Below are positions 53,009 to 64,000 of a stretch of 64,000 nt of DNA, one piece after another. The first letter of the stretch is position 1; the number at the start of each line of letters is the position of its first letter. This DNA is from Octopus sinensis (Eukaryota): NCBI RefSeq assembly GCF_006345805.1, contig NC_042999.1:2294001-2358000 (forward strand), given 5' to 3'. The notes below the pieces were generated by a model, which searched no databases, had not been told where the DNA came from, and saw only the letters and a list, made by a program, of their open reading frames with translations. The translations under genes were made by a program, and so were the position numbers.

Positions 53009-53390
53009 AGGTGGCGAGCTGGCAAGAACGTTAGCACAATGGGTGAAATGCTTAGCAGTATTTCGGCCGTCTTTATGTTCTGAGTTCAAATTCCACCAAG
53101 GTGGACTTCGCCTTTCATCCTTTCGGGGTCGATAAATTATGGGGTTGATATAATCGACTTAATTTGCTTGTCTGTCCTTATTTGTCCTCTCTGTGTTTAG
53201 CCCCTTGTGGGTAGTAAAGAAATATGTATTTCGTCTGTCTTTATGTTCTAAGTTCAAATTTCACTGAGGCTGATTTTGATTTTCACCTTCTTGGGTTCAA
53301 CAGTTTAAGTACCAGTTGCATACTGGGATTGATTTAATCAACTGGCCCACTCCCCAAAAATTTCAGGGCCTTGTGCCAAGAGTAAAAACC
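53009..53390 (+). mobile_element. SINE B heterodimer (B unit plus alternative-tail unit) with a single 16-bp TSD
   Basis: TSD attaagcagatttata at 52993-53008 and 53391-53406; second unit starts at 53226. Confidence 0.85.
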
Positions 53391-54017
53391 ATTAAGCAGA
53401 TTTATATAACATGCCTAAATCTGCCTTGTCATAGTGTCTCCACGGCAAGAAACTAATAGTAGTTCTTATTTTAAATACTGTGTACATTAAATGATTTTTA
53501 TCTCTCACTGGATGAAATACTTTTTTGTTGATTCTACCTCAATGGAACAGTAAACTATACATGTATATGTATGTATTTACGTACATGTTCACAACATATC
53601 AGTTTCTCGATATTTGTTTTTTAAGCACAGTAAAACATGCCTACCATCACCCACGCACATTAAAGACTGCATATTGACAATGAAAGCTGGAAAAGTTTTA
53701 TGGAGATACTGATATTCACAGAGATTACAACATACATATATATATATGTACATACATACATTCACACTAACACAAATATATTTTGTATAGAGTTACACAC
53801 ACACACAGTTGCACATATCCATACATGCCTACATATATATATATATATATCTTTGTTTGTATGTATATACCTACACACATGCTCATACGCCAACTTACCC
53901 GTGCCTACACATTATTTACATGCATAAACATAATAATGTTTCTTAGCGTTAATCTTTTTGTTGTATGCCAGTAATATTTGGATATATAGCAATTACATAA
54001 TACAACTGCCAAAAAAA

Positions 54018-54077
54018 TGACAACAACAACAACAACAATAATAATAATAATAATAATAATAGTAATAATAATAATAA

Positions 54078-54119
<42 letters not shown>

Positions 54120-54153
54120 TAATAATAATAGTAATAATAATAATATTAATATA

Positions 54154-54194
<41 letters not shown>

Positions 54195-54205
54195 TATTAA
54201 TATAA

Positions 54206-54293
<88 letters not shown>

Positions 54294-54322
54294 GATGATG
54301 ATGATGATGATGATGATGATAA
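54018..54322. repeat. (CAA)(TAA)n(GAT)n compound microsatellite
   Basis: Directly visible. Confidence 0.97.
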
Positions 54323-55067
54323 TGAACATATATCACAACTGAAAAGAAAGAAAAATAGGAAACCGGCAGTTTTTTTGAGCAGAGACATATCTTTCAAAGA
54401 TGACTTGAAGTAGTAGCAAAAGTTTGGTTTATAGTTCCATTCTTCTACACACAGTGAACGTATATCAGAATTTTCACCAACTTACCAGCATCCTGCTTCT
54501 TATCATTAAATCATGTTTACATTAGATGAAAATACTTTAAAAAAAATTTTTTGGTACCAAAAGATAGACAAAATATAATTTCCTTAAACTCCAAAGAAGA
54601 ATCTCAGAAAAATGGAAGATAAAGCTACAGACTGCTGAACATATTCATATATCTTATATGAATCTATTGAAAGACAGCAAAAAAAACTAAAATAAAAACA
54701 AACAAAAAAAAGAGTAGGGTAAGGCGGTGGTGGATGAGGAGCAGAAAGCATATAGCGAAAACCTTATTCTTTTGTGATTTAAAAATAACTTTGATTTTCT
54801 CCAATATTTCATGAACTAATCTATTTATCCACGTATTTAAGTTTTCATTTTCCACTTGACTGGCTTTCTACAACCTATTTAAGACGTTTGTGAGGCATTA
54901 ATTGAAATAAGAGAGGGAAAACCTAAAACTATGACACTGTGAAAGATTGAAATATGTATAGGCATGTACAAGCATCTCTTCGTGTTCCTCCCTTGCCCAC
55001 CACCCATGCAGCATCTTCAATCTCGTCATAATTATCCTTATCACCATTGTCACCACCAGCATCTTGA

Positions 55068-55221
55068 GGAGGCGCAATGGCCCAGTGGTTAGAGCAGCGG
55101 ACTCACGGTCGGAGGATCGCAGTTTCGATTCACAGACCAGGCGTTGTGTGTTTATTGAGTGAAAACGCTTAAAGCTCCACGTGGCTCTGGCAGGGGGTGT
55201 TGGCGAGCCCTGTTGTACTCT
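55068..55221 (+). mobile_element. SINE family C head, interrupted by an RTE insertion
   Basis: tRNA-like head ending at tgtactct. Confidence 0.85.
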
Positions 55222-55498
55222 GTGGAAACTACCACCTGTGTCATCTCTTGTGAAAGGTAGGAGAGTCCAGTTTCCTGGACATTGTTGTAGAGCTGAAAAC
55301 GAGGCAATTTCTACTCTTCTCCTCTGGAAGCCATCTACTAGCTACACCAAAGGGCGCACACTCTCCGACCCTGATGTAATCTCCAGGGATACAGGCATCC
55401 AGCAACAGGACCTCCGTAATGCTATGATGGACCGTGAAGTCTGGCGTAGCATGGTAAATTCCATTGTCTCGACCACGGTCAAACAATGATGATGATGA
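55222..55498 (+). mobile_element. Second RTE-clade LINE 3' fragment with 8-bp TSD
   Basis: RRVQFPGHCCR...LLLWKP...DREVWRSMV; stop followed directly by (GAT)n; TSD tgtactct at 55214-55221 and 55499-55506. Confidence 0.8.
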
Positions 55499-55520
55499 TG
55501 TACTCTTTAAAAAAAAAAAA

Positions 55521-55712
55521 GGTGCAATAGCCCAGTGGTTAGGGTATCGGACTCGCGGTCGGAGGATCACGGTTTCGATTCCCAGACTGGGCGTTGTGTG
55601 TGTTTATTGAGCGAAAACACCTAAAGCTCCACGTGGCTCTGGCAGGGGGTGTTTGCGACCCCTGTTGTACTCTTTAGCTCCAACTTTCTCTCACTCTTTC
55701 TTCCTGTTTCTT
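55521..55712 (+). mobile_element. SINE family C
   Basis: As above. Confidence 0.85.
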
Positions 55713-56337
55713 GTCCCCGACCTCCTACACAACCGCTGAGCCTGGATGTGTATTCATCCATCCGTTGATGCTCTTGGTGTCGGGGGTTGACCTGCTTTCT
55801 CTTCTGTGGGTCTTACGAATAGCAAAGGACCATGTTTCGGACGTCTCCCAAGAGGACGAAGACCACTTCGCTCAACAGCAGCAGCATCTTCAATCTCATC
55901 ATCATTATCGTTATCACCATCGCCACCTTCAGCATCTTCATCATCGTCATCACCATCATTGTCAATATCAGCATTGTCATGGTCGTTATCATCATCATCA
56001 TCTGTACTGCAGTCAATACAAATTTTAATCACACGTATTTGTGCGTTCCTTTGCATAACGACATACCGCACCTTGCACAGGTAGTATAAGTGCATGCGTA
56101 CGAGTATATGTGTGTGCGTGAAATTATACATACATAACTTATGCAGGGTGATGTATAGGTGCAGGAGTGACTGTGTGGTAAGAAGCTTGCTTCACAACCA
56201 TAAGGATCCAGGTTCACAGGCTTACAAAGAATTAGTCCTGGGGTTATTTTGTTCGACTACAGGCAGTGCTCCAGCATGGCTGCAGTCAAATAAAAGAGTA
56301 TAAACACATGCTTATGCACATACTCTTTTACGCTCTT

Positions 56338-56741
56338 ACTCTCTTTTACTCTTTTACTTGTTTCAGTCATTTGACTGCGGCCATGCTGGAGCACTGCCTT
56401 TAGTCGAGCAAATCGACCCCAGGACTTATTCTTTGCAAGCCCAGTACTTTTTTTACCGGTCTCTTTTGCCGAACTGCTAAGTGACGGGGATGTAAACACA
56501 CCGACATCGGTTGTCAAGCAATGCTAGGGGGACAAACACAGACACACAAACACACACACACATATATATATATATATACGACAGGCTTCTTTCAGTTTCC
56601 GTCTGCCAAATCCACTCACAAGGCATTGGTTGGCCCGGGGCTATAGCAGAAGACACTTGCCCAAGATGCCACGCAGTGGGACTGAACCCGGAACCATGTG
56701 GTTGGTTAGCAAGCTACTTACCACACAGCCACTCCTGCGCC
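56338..56741 (-). mobile_element. SINE family A, full length
   Basis: Reverse complement of the 24793 copy. Confidence 0.92.
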
Positions 56742-57403
56742 TATAGAGAGGGAGAGAAAGAGGGGGCCAGAGGGAGAGAGACAAAGTGAGAGAGGCAAAG
56801 GGAGAGAAAAAGGTGAGAGAGAGGGGGAGAGAGGCACAGGCATGGCTATGTGGTTAAGAAGCTTGCTTTGCAACCATGTGGGTTCAGGTTCAGTCCTACA
56901 TCACAGCACTTTGTCTTCTACTAAGACCTGACCAACCAATGTCTTGTCAGTTAATGTGGTAGATGGAAACTGTGTGAAAGCTCTCCAATGCTAGTGCCAC
57001 CCGATTGGCACCCATGCTGGTGGCACGTAAAAAGCGCCATTCGAGCATGGTCGATGCCAGTGCTGCCTGACTGGCTGCCGTACCTGTGGGACATCATAAA
57101 TATATATATTTCTTTTACTGGTTTCAGTCATTTGACTGCGTCCCTACTGGAGCACCACCTTCAGTCAAACAAATCGACCCCAGGAATTATTGTTTGTAAG
57201 CCTAGTACTTATTCTATTGGTCTCTTTTGCCAATCCACCAAGTTACGGGAATGTAAACCCACCAACATTGGTTGCCAAGTGATGGTGGTGGGGACAAACA
57301 CAGACACACAAATACATATATATATACATATATATATATATATAATAGAAATATTAAAATTACTAAGCCTCTCTAAAGGAGATTACAGCAGCGTTACTGG
57401 AAA

Positions 57404-57580
57404 TTAATAGTTATCGCCATACTAATATGGCAATCTTATAAATATAAGACTAAAGTTTATAATGGACGCAGATTGTGTGTCAAATAGCTAGCTTGAGGCG
57501 GTGGCCTCTTGGAGCTAATCATCGACAGCTTTAGTCTTATATTTATAAGATTGCCATATCAGTATGGCGATAACTATTAA
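57404..57580. repeat. Inverted repeat: 52-bp arms (1 mismatch), 73-nt spacer
   Basis: 57404-57455 versus 57529-57580. Confidence 0.9.
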
Positions 57581-57586
57581 TATATA

Positions 57587-57632
<46 letters not shown>

Positions 57633-58316
57633 ATTATATTATATCATATATATATATTATATATATATATGATATATGTGTGTGCATATATATATATATA
57701 TTTATAATATTATTACAAATTTGGGATTTTATATAATGTGTGTGTGTGCGTGTTTGTGTGATAATCAAAGCTAAATCTTTTTGATTATTTTTGAAATGGC
57801 ACTTAGATTTTTGCATCGATTTCTCTACCGCCCACTCACACATCTAAAATAATTCCTGCTGAAATGCATCTGATGTCTTTATATATATATATATATATAT
57901 GTATATATAAGAGTCTAGGCTCAAAACGTAAAAGACTTTTTCACTTCCCGAGCATTGAACTAATACATGTCTATGTTGTTTACACACCCATTTTTGTCTT
58001 TTGTTTCATTTGTACTTTTTGTAAATTCTAATTATAATGATAATGGGCTTCTCTCGGTTTCTGTCTACCAAATCCACTCACAAAGCTATAGAAGACACTT
58101 GCCCAAGGTGCCAAACAGTGGGACTATACCTGGAACCATGTGGTTGGGAAGCAAGCTTCTTACCACACAGCCACACACAAATACACAAATACACATTAAT
58201 ATTTGACATACAAATTCGATAATCACCAATGCACAAAACACTCAGCACTTGAGTCACTCAGTTGCTTCTAAATATAAATAAAAATATGCATATACTCACA
58301 GGAGTATATACATATA

Positions 58317-58746
58317 GGCGCAGGAGTGGCTGTGTGGTAAGTAGCTTGCTTATCAATCACATGGTTCCGGGTTCAGTCCCACTGCATGGCACCTTGGGCA
58401 AGTGTCTTCTACTATAGCCTCAGGCCAACCAAAGCCTTGTGAGTGGATTTGGTAGATGGAAACAGAAAGAAGCCTGTCATATATATATATATCATCATCA
58501 TCATATATGTATATATAAATGTATATGTACGTGTGTGTATATGCTTGTGTTTGTCCCCCCAACATCGCTTGACAACCAATGCTGGTGTGTTTACATCCAT
58601 GTAACTTCGCAGTACAGCAAAAAGAGACCAATAGAATAAGTACTTCGCTTACAAAGAATAAGTCCTGGGGTCGATTTGTTCGACGAAAGGTGGTGCTCCA
58701 GAATGGCCACAATCAAATGACTGAAACAAGTAAAAGAGTAAAGAGT
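58317..58746 (+). mobile_element. SINE family A, full length
   Basis: As the 24793 copy. Confidence 0.9.
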
Positions 58747-58797
58747 AAAAGTTCCCATTTTGCCAGTTCTATTTTTTCCCATTTCCATCACCAAACT

Positions 58798-58830
<33 letters not shown>

Positions 58831-59506
58831 ATGTGTGATAATCAAGGCTAAATCATTTTGATTATTTTTGAAATGGCGCTTAGATTTTTGCATCGATTTC
58901 TCTCCCGCCCACACACACACATCTAAAATAATTCCTGCTGAAATGCATCTGATGTCTTTTTTTCCTTTTGCTTTGTCATTTTAATTGAACCTTAAACTAC
59001 AATTCCGTTTCATAATTATCTATATGGCTCATATTCATATTAACTAAATGTGGGAGAAGAGAAGACATTATTTCTATTCTTAGCAATAAAACTACTGCTT
59101 GATACAGTACCCCACCCTATGTAATTTTTTTGAAATAATCATTATTCAAATTTAAATTATAGGTATTGATGATCTGAACATAAAAATAAAATATTCTATT
59201 TTCATTATATACGCACACATGCGTATGCGTGTGTGTGTGTGTGTATGAGTGTGGACATGCATGTATGTATATATGTGTAAATATGAATTTTAAATCTAAA
59301 CGTAATAATTTCATCATTAAAAAGATTATTTATATTCTCTAATTATACTTTGATAGTTTTATTGTGTATTTACAATTTCATGCTTGCTGATGCCAAAATT
59401 AGTTGCTCTATGTCTCCTTGTCATATATACACATACATATATATATATAGATGAATATACATATATATACATACACACACATATATGTGTCTATGTATAT
59501 ATATAT

Positions 59507-59541
<35 letters not shown>

Positions 59542-59549
59542 CACACACA

Positions 59550-59572
59550 CAACATATATATATTTATAATTT

Positions 59573-59618
<46 letters not shown>

Positions 59619-59674
59619 TATATATATATAATCATAAATGTGTATAGATAGATACACATTTGCACACACACAAA

Positions 59675-59720
<46 letters not shown>

Positions 59721-60040
59721 ATCATAAATGTGTATAGATAGATACATATATACATATGCACACACACAAACATATATATATTTATAATTTTCTGTATGTA
59801 TATATATATATATTATATATATAATCATAAATGTGTATTGATAGATACATATATACGTATGCGCACACACACAAACACAAACATACATATATACATATTT
59901 ATAATTTTCTGTATGTATATATATATATATATAATCATAAATGTGTATAGATAGATACATATACACATACACACACACACAAACATTATTATTATTATTA
60001 TTAAACACCCACACAGACACTCACCCACACACAAATGCAA
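59550..60040. repeat. Minisatellite-like repeats of ataatcataaatgtgtatagatagatac with microsatellite spacers
   Basis: Motif recurs at ~59620, 59720, 59820 and 59930. Confidence 0.8.
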
Positions 60041-60589
60041 TTAATATGTAGGACATTGATTCTATTCCATTCTTCTCCAATGTCCTCCTCTCACATTTTA
60101 GCCATCATTATACTACATTATATTATTTACACCATTGCTTCAAGTATAAATTCATTTCATGTTTATGAACCTCCCCTTTTGCTAAGATGTTTTACAAGGA
60201 GAAACTTGTATTGTTATCTTTATGAGATATTTATTTCTATTATTGCTGTCACGCTCATTTCTATCAGTTGACTTTCTAAATTATTTTTTAATGCTAGCAT
60301 CAGTTATAACATCTCTTTTTCTAATTATTTTAATGAGTAAAAAATGCTCTAAGAGACTTACCAATATTTTTTGCCTCCTTCCATTATATTTCGGTACTAA
60401 CTGCTATCTTTCACCACCTTGGTAGATAAATGGTAATTTTCTCTTAAGGGTTCCTCTTTATATTCTTTGATAAAAGCATCATTTCTGTTTCTTTAATGCT
60501 GTGAGTGCTTGCAACTCAAGATTTTTGCCTATGGAAATATAAGTGGTACTCTTATATTTCAATCAATAGGAGAGGCTGCTCATGAGATT

Positions 60590-60835
60590 AAGGTAGAAGT
60601 AGCTGAGTATTCCACAGACACACATACCTTGAATATAATTCTCAAGGAGAATGTAATTCTCAGAGTGTGACAAGGCTGGCCCCTTTGAATTTACAGGTAT
60701 TAATCATTTTTTTTTCCAACTGAGTGCACTGGAACAATGTAAAATGAAGTGTCTTGCTCAAGGACATAATATGCCACTGGGAATTGAACTCGTGACCTTG
60801 TTAGCATGAGCTGACTACTCTAACAACTAAACCAA
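60590..60835 (-). mobile_element. tRNA-headed SINE with ttgagcaagacactt central domain and the SINE-C-type tail
   Basis: gagttcaattccc B-box-like motif; tail caaaggggccagccttgtcac shared with family C. Confidence 0.65.
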
Positions 60836-60965
60836 GTACCTTCACAATGGAAAGAAACTTTTCATACATACATAGTATGTACACATATATATACATAGAT
60901 ATGTACATACATACATAGTACGTACATACATACATATGTACATACGTACAAATATATATACATAT

Positions 60966-61049
<84 letters not shown>

Positions 61050-61149
61050 ATGTATATAAGTATCAATGCATGAAACTCTTGGACATTGAGTCATTCAGTT
61101 ACTTCTGCAAAATATTTATACACACACACATATATATATATATATATGC

Positions 61150-61912
61150 ATAGAACCTTGGACAAGACTCTTTTACTATAGCCTCCGGTCGACAAAAGCC
61201 TTGTGAGTGGATTTGGTAGATGAAAACTGAAAGAAGCCCATAATATACATATATATATGTATATGTGTGTGTGTCTGTGTTTGTCCCTTCACCACCATTG
61301 CTTGACAACTAATGTTGGTGTGTTTATGTCCCCGTAATTTAGTGGTTCGGCAAAAAGAGACTGATAGAATAAGTACTAGGCTTACAAATAGTAAGTCCTG
61401 AGGTCAATTTGCTGAACTAAAGGCAGTGCTCCAGCATGGCTGCAGTCAAACAACTGAAAGAGGTAAAAGAATTATAGTATATTTATTTATTTATTTTATT
61501 TGTTTCAGTCACTTCATTACGACCATGGTGGAGCACTGCCTTTAGTTGAACAAATCGATCACAGGACTTATTCTTTGTAAGCCTAGTACTTATTCTATTG
61601 GCCTCTTTTACCGAACTGCTAAGTTACAAGGAAGTAAACATGCCAACATCTGTTGTCAAGCAATGGGGGGGAACAAACACAGATACACACACATATACAT
61701 ACACACACACACATATATATACACACACACACATATACATACACACACACACACATATATATATATATGACAGGCTTCTTTTAGTTTCCATTTACCAAAT
61801 CCACTCACAAAACTTTGGTCGGCCCAATACTATAGTAGAAGACGCCCAAGGTGCCATGTAGTGGGACTGAACCCAGAACCATGTGGCTGGTAAGCAAGCA
61901 TCTTTACCTCAC
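61150..61912. mobile_element. Two tail-to-tail SINE A copies (61150-61470 +, 61497-61912 -)
   Basis: Family motifs in opposite orientations. Confidence 0.85.
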
Positions 61913-63689
61913 AGCCATCACATATTTCAGCACTTTATGATCATTTGCTTTCATTTGCTGTTCAAGTCAATAATATTCAGACCCAGCAAAATATTATTTT
62001 CTACTCAAGGTACAAAGCCCAAAATGTTTGGTGAGGAGACCAGTCAATTAGATCGACCCCAGTACCAAATGGTACTTAATTTATCGACCTTAAAAGGATG
62101 AAAGGCATTGTCGTCCTCAGCAGAATTTGAACTCAGAACGTAACGGCAGACAAAATACCGCTAAGCATTTCACTCAGCGTGCTAACGTTTCTGCCAACTT
62201 GCCGCCTTTCAGACCCAGCAAAATATTATTGAGCTGAGGACTTCTGTGTTCATATCAAGTTATTCTTTGATCTACTGCCCTACTCAGTGTTAAAGCACAT
62301 GGCCAAGTGGTTACCTTGTTAACTTCACTATTGGAAGATCACAGTTTCAATTCCTGGATGACATCATGCATTGTGTTCTTGACCAAAGCGCTTCTTTTCA
62401 ATTTTGCTCCAGTCCACTTGGTTTTAAATGAATAATCTCGTACCAGACTGGTGCCACGTCCAAGGGAAACATTGTGATCTTGGTCCTTTATACACCATGG
62501 AAAACCAATTAAGCAGCTCTATGACACATAGGTCTTGTGACATTAATGTCCAGGAATGTCTTACTACCCTAATCCTTTTTACTAAGAAGTGCCAAAAAAG
62601 AAACACTTTTACCATTATCGTTCCAAGACATTTTAGAATATCTTTTTTATGTCAAGAAAGCATTAATTTAAATTTTCTAGTTTAAGTAATTTTGTGATTT
62701 ATTATTTAACCAACTTCTCTATCCTATTCATGACTGTTTAGCTTCGTCCCGTTTTATATTTGCGATAAATAATCAATTTTCTGATTTCATAAGACACTAA
62801 TATGTCTTTATGGTGAATATACCTGTTTTGAGTTATTTTCGTTTAAGTATTGAAATCTAACTACTGTCATTATTTTCTTTATGTTTCCATCTATTATTCT
62901 TAATTTCATTAATTTTCAATTGAATATATAACTCTAATCAATTATTGGAAAATCTCGAAAACTCGTACAAAATTCTGATTTTCCAGAATTCAGTTTACTT
63001 TAAGTATTCATCTGCTACTCTAATAATATTCTTTCAAACACATTTCTTCCATATTTCAGTTTGTATTCTGTGTAATTAATTTATTAGTTTCCCCTTAATC
63101 TTAATTCCTTATTTTTTTGTTTCTTTATCTTAACAAGATATTGGTTTTATTTTCCTTCCCATCCTTTTTAAATGGCTTTGGTATATTTCTTTAAATCCTT
63201 TTTCATATAAATTTCCCAGCTGAATTATTGTTCTGCCATAACAAGGTGTGCATGTGTTTGTCATTCCCAGCATGCATCTCCTGATTATCCATATTACTAC
63301 ACACACAAAACAGACGAACGTCTCTTTCTTTCTCTACAGCACTTGTATCCATATTCAATCTGCTATTAGTAAATAACTCCCACACAAGCACTAAATTGAA
63401 TTTACAGTATTAAGTCAGAAATAATACAGATATGGTTTAATACCTTCTGAACCCCTTTAAGGGTGTGGATATCCACTTAGAAAGGAAAGATTTTAACAAT
63501 TGATAGATATTGTACAGTACTAGACTCAAGCCAACCAACCAGCAAAGTTGGATATGTGATATATATTATTTTTTATTTTATTTATGTGCACTTTTCAAGC
63601 CTAGCCAGGCTCATGGGCCCGGTTTCCCAGTTTCTGTGGCGTATGTGTTTCCTACAGCTGGACGGGATGCCAGTCTATCACAGCATTAC

Positions 63690-63886
63690 TCATGAAATAG
63701 GAAGAAAGAGTGAGAGAAAGTTGGGCAAAAGAGTACAACAGGGGTCGCCACCACCCCCTGCTGAAGTCTCCTAGAGCTTTAGGTGTTTTCTCTCAATAAA
63801 TACACACAACACCCGGTCTGGTAATTGAAACCCTAATCCTCTGACTGCAAGTATGCTGCCCTGACCACTGGGCCATTGCGCATCCA
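63690..63886 (-). mobile_element. SINE family C
   Basis: Reverse complement of the 55521 copy. Confidence 0.8.
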
Positions 63887-64000
63887 GGTGTGATATATAA
63901 AGATATGTAAAAGCTTGTGAGCGTTTTCATGGGTGTAGATGTATCTTCATCTTTAAAGAGAGAGTGATTTTAACAGGTAAGAAGCATTGACTAACATTTG

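Noticed and set aside
55809-55864. Hammerhead-like gga-gacg-tcc GAAAC atg GTC on the minus strand
   Set aside because: There is no CUGANGA-like left core and no matching stem I.
60035-60425. GPCR-like hydrophobic ORFs (..KKCSKRLTNIFCLL..)
   Set aside because: T-rich DNA gives hydrophobic translations by chance; the frames are broken and no diagnostic motif is intact.
60363-60529. Minus-strand segment with strong acceptor and gtaagt donor
   Set aside because: All three frames contain stop codons.
62296-62685. ORFs 62424-62615 and 62428-62685
   Set aside because: They overlap a diverged tRNA-headed SINE starting near 62296.

Overview
AT-rich animal genomic DNA made up mostly of repeats. The SINE, RTE and microsatellite landscape looks like a coleoid cephalopod, most likely Octopus; this is inferred from recognising repeat families and was not searched. 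No intact long protein-coding gene, rRNA, true tRNA gene or CRISPR array is visible, and most ORF-track entries are microsatellite read-through. Recognisable content: at least three tRNA-derived SINE families, relics of RTE, Dong/R4-type and probably Tx1-type LINEs, a decayed Penelope-like element (PLE) ORF, Tc1/mariner relics, a piggyBac-type MITE, a Helentron-like non-autonomous element, and a few candidate short exons of a long-intron host gene. Best new signal 1: short non-coding fold-back elements at 8.4-8.8, 14.4-14.7 and 38.9-39.3 kb, whose near-perfect inverted arms each carry a minimal type I hammerhead ribozyme; two related copies show a compensatory base-pair change. Signal 2: head-to-tail multimers of a 184-bp SINE unit with the same junction at three loci, two of them bracketed by a single target-site duplication (TSD). 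Signal 3: a 557-bp non-coding element found inside (TAA)n tracts next to TAA-embedded Dong/R4-type LINEs.
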